Origin: Nymphaea colorata
Taxonomy: Eukaryota
NCBI RefSeq assembly: GCF_008831285.2
Contig: NC_045138.2
Coordinates: forward strand, 6,634,001-6,698,000
Direction: 5' to 3'
Length of the DNA stretch: 64,000 nt
Shown one piece after another: positions 53,201 to 64,000 of the stretch (position 1 is its first letter; every line of letters begins with the position of its first letter). The notes beneath the pieces are model-generated. The model was not told the DNA's origin, made no database searches, and saw only the letters and a program-made list of their open reading frames with translations. The translations under genes and the position numbers were made by a program.

Positions 53201-54453
53201 GAAGATGAAGAGGCAGGCATCTTCCATTCCCAGATCACACTATCCGCAACCACCTTCCACTCTGCTTTTTCCATGCTTTTTGTTCGCATTAAGGACCCAA
53301 CTGTTTGGACCACAAGTGGCAACCCACTGCACTTCTTGACTATTTTTTTTGCAATATCATGCAAATTGTGGCTCACCAAATCATTTTTGGACATCAATGC
53401 CTTGTTCAAGAATAAATTCCAACTCTCATCTTCTTGCAGTATTGGCAATCTATGCATATACAATGCTCCGACCCCTTTGGAGACATCTATATTTCGACTA
53501 GTGATCAAAATTTTGCTCCCCATCGCACCTCTCGTAAGAGTGCTCTCTACCTCTCCCTGCCACCAATCTAGTTCCCATACGTCATCTAAGACCAGCAAAA
53601 ATCTTTTATTCCAGAGCTCACTCTGTATTTGTGTGCACAAGTCATTCAAAGAAGTATCAAGTCCTGCTTTAGATTCCTTGCACACTTCCTTCAGTATTTT
53701 CCTCAATAAATCCTTACGGTTTGGCCTCTCAGAAACGCAAACCCACCACCTGCATCCCCCGAACTGTTGTTTGACTTCACTAAAGACCATTTTTGCAAGA
53801 GTAGTCTTGCCGATCCCACCTTCTCCTACAATAGAGATAATAGAAACATCACACTCCTCTGTCATACTACTCTGTTCGGAGCCAATGGACAAGAGTTTTT
53901 CAACTATCACCCTTTTATCATTCTCCCTGCCTATGGGTGGTTGTGCACCTATGTGATGGGTTGTCTCTCGGAAGTTGTCAACTTCACCACCAATAAGGCC
54001 CTGGCTACTCTCTTTTGGTTTTGGTTTCAGCAGATCCATGTCCCAATCCTTTTTTATTTCATCAAGCCTTTCATTGATTTCTTTGATTTCGTTGCCAAGT
54101 TGACAGGGAAAAGAAACATGTTCGTTAACGGAATGGAACAAAGCGGTCCAAGGCCGTTTGTGTACCTTCTTGCTGACCTCAATTTTGCTTTGATATTCTT
54201 CGATGATGTCTTCTGCATCATAAACAACATCCTTGAGATCTCCCTCTAGATCTCTGTCACGCTCTTTGCTTAAAAAGGGCTTGCGATCTGCATCTGTGAT
54301 GGCCTTTTGGAAGATTTTCAGCTTCCTCTGTAACTTCTTTAGATCATCGTTGGCGTTCAAGATAACATCCCTCTTCTCTTTCAACAAGTTGGTGACAGCA
54401 CCCAACAGATTGGAAATAGCTGTTTCTGCAAGAGCACCTATTACTCCTGCCAT
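50278..54453 (-). CDS. CC-NB-ARC-LRR (CNL) disease-resistance protein, intronless, 1391 aa (NLR2), paralog of NLR1
   Basis: Single ORF. Motifs: YDAEDIIEEY, P-loop GEGGIGKTT, FLLVLDDVW, GSKILITSR, CSGLPL, CFVYCSIFPKD, LHD. Long stretches are near-identical to NLR1. Confidence 0.96.
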   Translation of the reverse strand: MAGVIGALAETAISNLLGAVTNLLKEKRDVILNANDDLKKLQRKLKIFQKAITDADRKPFLSKERDRDLEGDLKDVVYDAEDIIEEYQSKIEVSKKVHKRPWTALFHSVNEHVSFPCQLGNEIKEINERLDEIKKDWDMDLLKPKPKESSQGLIGGEVDNFRETTHHIGAQPPIGRENDKRVIVEKLLSIGSEQSSMTEECDVSIISIVGEGGIGKTTLAKMVFSEVKQQFGGCRWWVCVSERPNRKDLLRKILKEVCKESKAGLDTSLNDLCTQIQSELWNKRFLLVLDDVWELDWWQGEVESTLTRGAMGSKILITSRNIDVSKGVGALYMHRLPILQEDESWNLFLNKALMSKNDLVSHNLHDIAKKIVKKCSGLPLVVQTVGSLMRTKSMEKAEWKVVADSVIWEWKMPASSSSSQYGSILPGLILSYDDLPPYLGSCFVYCSIFPKDHEIEREGLIMQWVAHGLIEEKEGIGLEVTANQYIEDLIKRCLIETHDRFYRGTCLKLHDVLHDLASYIGGKEYRHASDTSQTRHLSLLGVDDAEAAMQYNASGAANKVRTLLSASLSSVEFTNFKWLRVLSLMQCQMDELPNSIESLSLLKYLDLSRSDMRRLPRSIGKLCNLQTLDLSYSKIEELPEEMGELCHLRYLGLEVTVHLKFMAEGLGKLTNLWTLHRFLVCDDKGDTRGCNIGELKDLNKLKGELLIEGLGGRRVKVIDAKKAQLKEKRELNGVELNFKVGKDDKVDSASEQRGLLEALEPPHGIERLGICDYEGDRPAWYLDTNYEELRTLRLRRCRLLATVVGIKSLEKLEVSYCPKLYELRCLPLLKSLSMFSCDGLNTIADMPALKSLKVPPSNRLKTLANMPALESLEVDECRSLEQVAEMPTLISLEVVRCSRLKTLANMPALESSDVRYCGSLEQVAEMPALRSLRVEGCNMLKTLANMPALESSDVRYCGSLEQVAEMPALRSLRVYGCNMLKTLANMLALESLEVRDCGSLEQVAEMPALSSLEVGRCKRLKTLAHMPALQSLHVSHCGRLEQLADDHMPALKSLEVTYCGSLEQLPHDMPALKSLEVRYCCCLEQVAEMPVLKSLKIDGCDGLNALAHMPTMELLDVRDCNRLEQVVVDHMPDLKKLRLSDVNTPKHLPTCLPSLEILTMENLANWEGWPAAGSGDTIFTSMPFLREACFENCPKMQTEGLLYCLLELAGHEGQATQLQELGVWDCPNARLGWKLLQHLPTLIDLKLDGAALESIVVPSEVSTILPSLKRLSLKDNNTGDLKWGQVPDWVWGLSQLEKLTLYGFTENISLGGHWQCLPKLRRLWLFEFPNLKSLVAINDINPQQNETTCPMDAKQQIACLSELQHLLIYSCPALDLPQELRDRLGKRLERR
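51055..51969 (-). repeat. Coding tandem array in NLR2: ~15 LRR units of 20-22 aa
   Basis: 120-bp periodicity (TGACCTGAGT at 51541 and 51661); two nearly identical LESSDVRYCGSLEQVAEMPA units. Confidence 0.93.
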
Positions 54454-55911
54454 CTCCGCCCCTGTTTCTCACTAGATTGAAGAACAGAGGAAAAGAAGCA
54501 ATTTTTAAATGGAGGGAAAGAAAGGCAGAGCAAGAACTAATGATAAAGCAGGCTGCAGACAATTACACACATTGACTTGTAGTCTTCGGCGGCCCTCCTC
54601 TAAAATGGGTCCGTCTAATTTAGACAGTGGTAGAGAGTAGCTGCAACAGCTTTCTCAGTCCCTTTAATTTAAACAACATGGCAAGAAGTGGTTGTAATAT
54701 GAAAAAGAAATTCCATGCACGACAAATTCCTGCTTCTTTTTTCCTCCAATAGCAAGATGTTTCTCTTCGATCTGGTGAAAGGGCATGTTTACAATACTGG
54801 ACCACATAGAGAAAAATATGCAAGCGTCGCCAGAGACGCGTAGGGAAGACGAAGGTGCCTCCCCACCACATTATATATATATATATATATACACTACAAA
54901 TTTTAGTTCAAACATAATATTTGATAGAATCTAGGATTCTTTTTATTAATCTTAGGCTTTTGTCAATTCAAGTTTTTTTCTCTTTCTCTCACTTTTGGAC
55001 TACTCTATAAAATTCATTCTCCCTCTCTCTTGTTAATCATTTCCTTTTTTATTTATTTCTTAAAATCTCTTTTTCTCTCTTTCTATTAATCTTTTCCTCT
55101 CTCTTTCTTAGGTTCCTTTCTCTTCATATCTCTCTCTTTGATTTCTCACTTCAAATCTCTCATTCTCCCTCTCCGTTATTAATCTCTCTCTCTCTAATTT
55201 ATCTCTTAAAATCTCTTTTCTCTTTTTTTATTAATCTACTACTCTGTTTGCCATTGATTTCTCTGTCACTTTCCTGCTTTCTCTCTCTCCCTTTTGATTT
55301 TTCTCTTTAAATATCTCTTTCTCTTTTCTTAACCCCTCTCTCTCTCTGCTTGATTTCTCTTTCCCTCTCTTTGATTTCTCCCTTAAGATCTATTTTTTTC
55401 TCTATCTCTTTTATTAATCTCTGTGATTTCTTTCTTAAATTATTTTTTATCTCTTTTTATTAATCTTTTTCTCTCTTTTTCTTAGGTTTCTCTCCCTTCA
55501 TCTCCCTCTCTTCGATTTCTCACTTCAAATCTCTCATTCTATCTCCCTTCTATTAATCTTTCTCTCTTTGATTTATCTCTTAAAATATCTTTTTCTCTCT
55601 TTTTTATTAATCTCCTGCTCTCTCTACCTTTAATTTCTCTGTCACTTTCCCGCTTTCTCTCTCTTTTTTATTTTTCTCTTTAAATTTCTCTTTCTCTCTT
55701 TTTTAAACCTCTCTCTCTCCTTGATTTCTCTTTCTCTCTCTTTGTTTTCTCGCTTAAAATCTATTTTCTCTCTTTTATATTAATATCTCTCCCTTCTTTG
55801 TTTTAGATGTCTCTTAAAATTTCTTTTTCTTTCTCTCTTCCACACAATCTCTTTTTTTTCTTCTATCTCTCTCTTTGATTTCCCTCTTAAAGACTTACAT
55901 TTTTATTAATC

Positions 55912-56093
55912 TTACACTTTTCTCACTAGATTGGAAATAGCTGTTTCTGCAAGAGCACCAATTTCTCCTGCCATCTCCACCTGTTTCTCACTAGATTGAA
56001 GAGCAGACTGCAGAGGAAGAGAAGCAATTTTTAAATGGAGGGAAAGAAAGGCAGACAAGAACTAATGACATAAAGAGCAGGCTGCGGACAATT
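55912..56093 (-). pseudogene. Duplicated 5' end of NLR2; mini-ORF 55974-55912 MAGEIGALAETAISNLVRKV*
   Basis: Matches 54407-54563 (leader, start codon and first 16 codons of NLR2), then runs into CT-rich repeat and stops at TAA. Confidence 0.85.
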
Positions 56094-56704
56094 ATTTTCT
56101 GTTTTTGAATGAGTAGACCCAATTTCTCTGGCCACTGATTTCCGGTTTTCATTCATCTTGAGAAGTCATTATTGCTATGGTCTTTTTCTACTTCTTAATT
56201 CATTTCTTTTCTCTCTCTCTTCTGTAAGTTTAAGTTCACTGAGGTACTGAAGTAGTCTTGGACCCTAGGGCCATTGAGGATTTGTTCTATGTCACATAGA
56301 CTTCTAGGTTCCCAACAATTAAGAAAAGAAAACAGTAGAACTTGACCCCCTTGGCAAACTGCTTGCTGAAACATATTTGTGGCCAGCAGTTGTAGAAATT
56401 AGAGCAAACGAAGAGAGAAAAGCTTCCGCTTTGCATGCTTTCCTGACTCAGCCTGGACCCAAGAACAGTCACTCTAGATTCTACGTCTTTTCTTTCTGAA
56501 GTTTGGGCACATATGTGGACAAGCCATGTAAACTTGCTATTGCTAATTCCCTCCTCTCGCTTCATTTCTCCGTTTTCCATTATCAACCTTAGTAAATATT
56601 TGAGATTGCGACACCGCTACTACTTGGAGATAATTGGTATGTGTTTGCAAGTGGGTCCACATGCCCTGACTCTCATTCTTTTTTCTTGTTTCCATTCACA
56701 CACA

Positions 56705-56721
<17 letters not shown>

Positions 56722-56742
<21 letters not shown>

Positions 56743-57269
56743 CGATAAAATGGAAGTTCCCTAGCTACAAGAACAAACCACAAAAACAGAAATAAAAGAA
56801 CGAAATATACAATACAGCTGCACAGTCAAACGAAATAAGAGGGGTGGAGAGAGAGTGGATAGACCGAGTGGCACAATCACCCAGCCACAGGCGGAGGACG
56901 GCGCCGTATCCTTATAACAAAATGGACATCCCCCTACAGAAGACGAGCCACATATTCCGGCGATGAGAAGGTGCCCCTGAAGACCCTATTATTGCGCTCC
57001 TCACAAATGCGCCACCAAGAGGAAATGAGCTACCACCTCCAAACACGACCCTAAGAAACAGCCAGGTGGGGGAAGGACAAAAGAGGAAAAGAAAACAAAT
57101 GGAGGGTGGGTCTGTAAGGCTACTAACATAGGAAGGCCAAGCAGAGGCAAAAACACTAAAGAAGAAAGGGCAAAATGTAAAAGGTGGACCCGAGACTCAG
57201 CCATAGCGAGACAGATGAGACATTGGTTAGTTAAACTAATACCAAGGCGCTGCAAGTGGTCAAAAGTAT
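56722..57269 (-). mobile_element. 3' fragment of the same LINE family (zinc finger, 3' UTR, (CT)n end)
   Basis: TFDHLQRLGISLTNQCLICLAMAESRVHL matches 42390-42480; the 3' UTR matches 42570-42870; (GA)n on both sides. Confidence 0.88.
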
Positions 57270-57972
57270 GTGTGTGAGAGAGAGAGAGACTCCAAAGGCA
57301 ATGCAAAAGCCAACAAGATATAAGGCAATATGAAAGAGATTAAATGCATGAGACACGAAAGGAGGTCCACTAGGAAAAAAGAGAAAGCGACAAGAGCGTC
57401 ATTTTCTTTACGATAAAAGTTGCTATAATCTGTTTTCCATCATTATATTTATAAATGTTTGATACAATCTAGAATATCAAAAATCTATTTTTGCACCACC
57501 AACACACACACATGTACTCTCTCTTATTAATCTCTTTCTCCCTCTCCTGGATTTATCCCTTTTCTTAGATCTCTTTCTCTCTCTTTAATTAGTCTCTTAG
57601 AATCTCTTTTTGCTTCTCCTTTATTAATCGTCCTCTCTCTTTGCCCTTCTCTCAACTTTATTTGTCTCTCACTCTCTCTCTTAGATTAATATCTTAAAAT
57701 AGTTTTTTTCTCTCTTTTATTAATCTTACTCTCTCTATCTCACTTTTAAAACTCTTTCTCTCTCTCTCCTTGATTTCTCTCTTAAAATGTCTTTTTCTCT
57801 CTCTTTTATTAATTTTTATGTTTTTTCTCTTCAATTTTTTTTCTCCTTCTCTCACTTTTAAACTTCTTTATGAAATTCATTCTCTCTCTTTTTCTTAGGT
57901 TTCTCTCTCTTTGATTTCAAACTTAAAATCTCTCATTCTATCTCTATTATTAATCTCTCTCTCTCTCTCTCT

Positions 57973-60900
57973 AGGGCTTTCTCGGATTGGACAAGTCCCA
58001 ACCTCAAAATCAATATAAGAATGATGAAATCCCAACCCCAAACACTCATTTTCACCGTGCATTTGGTCATTAATTAAGGAAAAATTAGAATATCGTGCAT
58101 AAACATCATCTCAAGCATATATGATGAACAAGACAATATAGCAAGTATATTTTTGGAGATAACATGAAGAAATTAGATATATTCTGCTGTGCTTATACTT
58201 GCTTATACTGCCAGTGCACTCAAGGCATTGCTCTCAATTTCAGATAAGAAATCATTTGAGCTTTCTTGCATGGCCATGGGGAGGGTGGCAAGAGGAAACT
58301 AGATGAAAATGAGAAGAAGATTACATACCTCGAATATGGATGATATTAGGAATGAGCCCTCTCTTTTGAATGATCATGGAGTCACCTAAGATGAAGCTCC
58401 AGGATGATGAACCACCAAGATATCTCTTTGTGCTCCTTTAAATAATTGTAGCTTGATGAAGCTTGCTCCAAGTTGGAGACAAAGAAAGAAATGGAAAGAG
58501 AGAGCTAAGGAAAAACAAAAAGTTCAAGTGAGGAAGCATGAGTGGTTTCTCCATGGTTGGCTCATCACCAAGAAGGAGGATTGTGTGGGTATTTATAGAG
58601 ATTTTGGAGCCAAAATTCAAAGTTCGAATTCAAGATTTGAATTCAAGAGGGAAAAGTTTTGGAGCCAAAATTCAAAATTCAAATTCAAGAGGGAAGAGTT
58701 TTGGAGCCAAAATTCAAAATTCGAATTCAAGAGGGAAGTGTTTTGGAATTCCTGATTTGGATCTAAACATGGATCTTGGATCTAATTTGGATTTGATAAT
58801 TGGATTTTTTATTTGAATCTCATGTCTAAGGTTGAGTTTTGAATTTGAATTTTGTTTTGGTTTGGATAACAGTTTAAAAATTCGTTTTGGATCGAATAGT
58901 GGAAATTTTCTTTTTTTTTGTCTAAAATTTAAATTCAAATAATAAAATAGTAGTCTTTTTTAAAAAATTTAGGAGATACAGATGACTCTCTTTGCTACTA
59001 AGCTGGCATTTGCCGTGCTTAGTGGCAAAGATAACTACCCCAAATTTTGAGTGATGAAAATTTTGGCTAAAAATATTAAAAATGTTGAAACTGCATTTGT
59101 CCTTACCTGAATGGGTTGCTTGAGCTTACGTTGCAAATTTAACCCTTTACCTACGTGGGTTTGCCGATATCGAATTCAGGTTTAACACCCTGAATGGGTT
59201 GCTTTGACTTGCATCGCAAGTTTAACTTCTTACCTGTGTAGGTTTCTTTGGCTTGCATTGTAGGTTTAACTCCTTTACCTGCGTGGGTGGCTTTGGCTTG
59301 CATTGCAGGTTTAATCTCTTTACCTGCATGGGTTGCTTTGGTTTGCATTGCAGGTTTAATCCTTTTGCCTGCGTGTGTTGCTTTTTTGTCCATAATTTTA
59401 AGTTTTTCCACTTTCCTGAATGAGTTGCTCAATAACAAGTGGCAATACCAGGAAAGAACATTCATCACCTCGAATACTTTTCTTGAAGCAAGGAACGAGA
59501 CCCCATTGCTTCTTCATGGGTTGTGACAAGAAAATTAAATACACATTTTTGAGGATTCAAATGAAGCTTATATTATAAGAATCACTTAAACACCTGGGTG
59601 AGGGTTTCAATGTGATCTTCTCTTGCCTTAGATTTAATTAATATGTCATCGATATATGCATTCATGATTTTGTGCATCTGGTCATAGAAGATAACAGCCA
59701 TGGCTCTTTGATAAGTTGCTCCAACATTCTTTAACCTGAACGGTATTACCGTGTAACAGAAAGTGCCCCAAGGGTTGGTAAAAGTGATCTTACATTGATC
59801 TTTGACAGTTAATTGATTTGGTTATATCTTCAATATCCATCCATAAAAAAAAATGACACAACCTGTAGTATTGTCAACCAATAAATCAATGTTTGGAAGT
59901 GGGTAATCGTCCTTCGGTGTGGCTTTATTTAGGTCTCGAAAGTCAATGCATAGACTGATTTTGCTATTTTTCTTGGGGACCACCACAATATTAGCCAACC
60001 ATTTGGGATAATCAATAGCATGAATAAATTTGCCTTTGCACGATCTTCCAATCTTTCTTTTACGGGTCCTTCTAGTCGAAGATCAAGGTTGCACAATTTT
60101 GTGTTAATTGGCTCGCAATTGACACTTAAGGGCAAACGATGTTCAACCAGCTGGAGGTCTATGTGGCATATCTTTATAGGTCCATGCAAAAACTCAAATT
60201 TTTTCATCTCCTCTACTAACAAACTGGTGCCGATTTGAAGGTTCTTGGGATTCTCACTGGTTTCAATGTTGATTTCTTCAATTGTATCATTAACTAAGGA
60301 TGAGGGATGTTCTTGTTTCAGAATATGAAAGAATTTCAGTAATTTCGACTCGAGTATTGTTGTAGGTTCCATTTCACTGACTGCTTGTTTGATAAATGCA
60401 TTGTGGGGGGGCTTCCAAGGAAAAAAAATTGATACGCCTTGAGTTCCAACATCTTGTAAAGAAAAATTAACAAAATTAAAATTGATAACAAAAAATTACT
60501 TGCATTGCATATGGAAAGTTTTTTGTTCATTGAAGGGGGTCCTCTCATGAGACCAGACAAGTACAAGTGAAAATTATAAAATTCATTGGAGGATTTAAAA
60601 ACAAAGACTAATACTATCAGCCAACAAGATATTCTTCAAATTTCTTTATGATATCACAATCCTCTAGTGTTCATTTGACGTGAGATACTGATCGGCTATA
60701 AGATGTCATCTTCATTCTTCCTGAGGCCAGTGAATGGATGGTAGTTACCTTTCAAAAGTAGCTGAAATTCCTTATGGTTTCTCACAACATGAGCATACAA
60801 GAGATGTTTTTGGCAACTCAAACGACTATTTGAAATAGTATAGACACTCCTAGATGAATTGCATATCTCCATTTTCTACATTCATTCTTACAAAGGTCCT

Positions 60901-62900
60901 TCCTTTATCGTTCTTATGCTGAGCACCAAATAAATTGGCCTAAGAAGCATTGGTTGTACCAACCTCTCGACTGGATCCTCAGCACATACTGTGATGGCTG
61001 ATGGACCAAAATTTCATTTGAGACATTGATGAAGAGTGGGCAGGATCCCTCGTATTTTGTGAATTCAAGGTTGTCCCAAGAGCAAGTTATATGATAGTGG
61101 TACATCCACCACATATAATGTAATGCAATGATTGGTTTGTTCGATGATCACGTTCATGTTGAGGATACCTTTGCTATTCATGCTTTGGTCGTCATATCCG
61201 TAGATCTTGGTATCATCAGGGCGATACTTGTCTTCACAAAATCCTAAAGCTTTGGCCGTGAGATCTGGACAAATAATTAAACCACTTCCTCTAACGATCA
61301 ATACATGTGGCGTAGTCATCTTATTAACTTGGGCGATGATGTATAGAGCATCTTCATGCTAATATCCCATTTTGAGAGGTTCTTTTCTGAAAAAATAATT
61401 GATTGGTCCTTATTGGCCTGAATCCAATCTTCTTCAATCATACGTTCTTCCAAGTTGATGAGATCATCCAAGTAGTATGGATCCTCTTTCGATGAGTCAT
61501 CTGATGACTCATCATTGTTGCCTCGTAAAAGAAAAGCCTTTGGAATTATGGCAGGTTTTCTGATGAACTTTCTACCTTGTTGTTCATCATACCAATAAAA
61601 TCTATAGGTTTCTTACTTGGGTTCGTCATCATCGCTTGGTGTGGATTGCTTCCTTCACAAGGTCGAATGTGCTCCTGTGGATGATATGAGAGTGGAGTGT
61701 CTGTGGCGATTGTGACTATTGCTGCCTTCTGGTGATCATGAAATGGATTCCTTAATACCTCAGGCATGCTATCATCATCAGCCATGACATCCTCATTGAT
61801 GAAATATTGGATAACGTTTTTGAGGACAAAAAAATCCTCGGTGTCATGACCAAGGACATGATGAAACATACATAATTTTTCTTTGTTACTTCCCAGAAAA
61901 AAGAAATGGTCCAAACGCTCTCTCTACCTCATAACGTGCACATATTTTCTCAAAGAAGCGATTATTTTTCATTTGCATTCGTAAAAAATGATTCACGTAA
62001 ACCTTGGCGAGGCAAATTTTGTTTGAACTTTCCAACGGTGAATTAACTAAAAGACCACATTTTGAAAAAGTTAAAATGAAAGGCTTCGAGGAAGGGAGAC
62101 CTTTGGAGGCATACCAGCGCGTCAACTTAACCCTGACGAGCTTCCGTTCAGCTTCTTTATTATTTTAGGCACCTAAAACTGTTGCAGACCGACTGTGTTT
62201 GGCCCGGCCAAGCCAGTAGAAGGATATGCTGCTTGGCATTGCTTGGAAAGCATGTGAGATCAATCGGATGCTAAGTCAAGCAAAAAGCAATGCACGTGGA
62301 TGTGCAGTGTAGTGGTGCAGCGACGAAGCGTATAAGTGCATCATGGTCATCAGTTCCTTTGGAAGTGCAAGTCTGTCGTTGACGAATCAGATGGGTTACC
62401 CACGCATAGCATTTGGATGTGCACGGGGATGCACGTGGGGTTGGGGGCAATTCCCTTAGTGGATGCATATGTTGCATCCACAACCGCGTAGAGTCAAGAG
62501 AGGGTGAGTAAGTGAATGCTCGTCGTCGAGTACGGCGATGGTCGGCCACCTTACTTAATAACATATAGTTGTCAACTGGTTTCGGCTGGAGACTTCCTCC
62601 CAAGAGAAGTCTACCCCCACCCAGATTTCGTTGGAAGTAGATAGGCGCTTGGAAGAATGGCGATGTTCTAACAGAGCCTCATGGTCACGGCTTGCCAATG
62701 GTCTACTATGGGATAAACCTGGGTGATGGTGTGTCGATGCGTAGCACTCCTCGTCTAGTCTACAGTCCCAAAAGGTTGATGAAAACTTCCGCTACATTGA
62801 GAAAGAATCAGGCTGGTCGAAGGCTTGAGAAACCTTCAGCACCACGCGGGCTTGTAAAAGTAAGCTCGTGACAAAAACAGCCTATACACTTTTCAATTCA
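57973..62900 (-). mobile_element. Degenerate Ty3/Gypsy Ogre/Tat-like element (gag, protease, RT fragments, 3' UTR repeats, PPT, partial 3' LTR 57973-58980)
   Basis: RT KATPKDDYPLPNIDLLVDNT, PWGTFCY, PFRLKNVGATYQRAM; protease-like HVLIVRGSGLIICP and SYNLLLGQP; gag CMFHHVLGHDTED; LTR starts TGTATCTCC at 58980 after a purine tract. Confidence 0.82.
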
Positions 62901-63057
62901 CCCTCTTCCCATTTCTTTCGCCCACTAACACTTGTAAATTGTTTAGAACTAACTGTCTTTTTACTTTTATTCAAATTCACTCCCATCTCATCTTTAATGT
63001 CTACATATCTACATACATACATATGTGTATATAATTTACGTTTATGAATTCAAAAAT

Positions 63058-63095
<38 letters not shown>

Positions 63096-64000
63096 TTTAG
63101 TTTTATAGGCTAATAATTGTTTAAATAATTGTTTATGTGACATATTCATATACAGCAGATTCAGAGATACGACAAACTAACTCTTCCCAGCTCCTTTCAT
63201 ATATTACACACCTGTTAACCGTGCTTCCATGACGACCCCAGATTTATTTAGTTTTCACAATGTAATAAGTTTACATTGGAGTAGAAGCTTCGGTCGTAAG
63301 TCTGGAACCAAATCCAAGAGAGTGCCAAATAGAGATCGACAATCAAAATCGATGAGAAGTTTATCAAAATTATGGGAAGAAGAGCTTTATATTTCTTTAC
63401 CATTGCATCTTGCCAATGTGGTGATCTGACTGTGTAGGATCATCATGTCATTGGGTAATGGATGCATAGTAGTGGTATAGACCTTATGTACTCTAATGTC
63501 GTTTATGGACCTAGGCACCATTGTATGTGCAGGATTTTTGGTCGGGGCTGACTTGAAGGTTGAGATGTCTGAGGTTCAGGTTGATGAGGCGCCTTATAAT
63601 TAAGAGGTGAAGCATCATGGTGGGAGGTCTGTATAGAAGCAGCTAGCATCTTCATCTATAGACATGGTAGGTTAATCAACTACTTGATTTTTGGGAGGGG
63701 GCTTTAGCTAGAGTTGTTACTAATTGCCTCCTAGTCCTATGGCTACATTTAGATCTTTTTCGGATTCATAGCTAGTGGGTTATTTTGTTACTAGCCTTTT
63801 AGCTATTTGCTTTCATGAGGGCTTTCTTGATTTCAAGCACAGGAGGCTGCAGTTGAGGGTTTAAGGCAATTGATGCAAGATGCATAAATCCAACAATTTC
63901 GTCCCACCACTCTCTTGAATGTGTACAACCAAATTTCTCTAACCACTTACTTCCCGTTTTCTACTACTAAACGTTGTGAAGGCTCTGTGAAAGTCTGGTC

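Larger units (their letters stand above)
45730..54700 (-). repeat. Right arm of large inverted segmental duplication (NLR2 plus flanks)
   Basis: See left arm; collinear blocks, interrupted by an insertion at 48184-49336. Confidence 0.85.

Noticed and set aside
62130..62880. Ogre extra ORF1 remnant
   Set aside because: Position is plausible but it is too decayed to support; included only within the element boundary.
63430..64000. Possible LINE endonuclease remnant (VYGP-like)
   Set aside because: Single weak motif; insufficient evidence.

Overview
Eukaryotic flowering-plant genomic DNA (no prokaryotic features). The window is a transposon-rich disease-resistance locus. Two intact, intronless CC-NB-ARC-LRR (CNL) paralogs face each other tail-to-tail (21730-25548 +, 50278-54453 -) as the cores of a ~9 kb inverted segmental duplication. 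There is also a third decayed LRR fragment (~11.9-12.4 kb) and a duplicated copy of the NLR2 start region encoding a 20-aa mini-ORF (55912-55974). Both CNLs carry an array of very regular 20-aa (60-bp) LRR units. These units alternate as A/B types, vary mainly at a di-residue before the Cys, and differ between paralogs in number (about 10 vs 15) and order. The rest is three Copia remnants (two fused into a chimera), two Ogre/Tat-like Gypsy remnants, L1-type LINEs, MITEs, a CACTA end, kilobases of strand-polarised GA/CT degenerate repeat and several local duplications. One LINE family ends in (CT)n rather than poly(A) and sits inside (CT)n tracts. All calls were made by eye; element boundaries are approximate unless a terminal motif is quoted.
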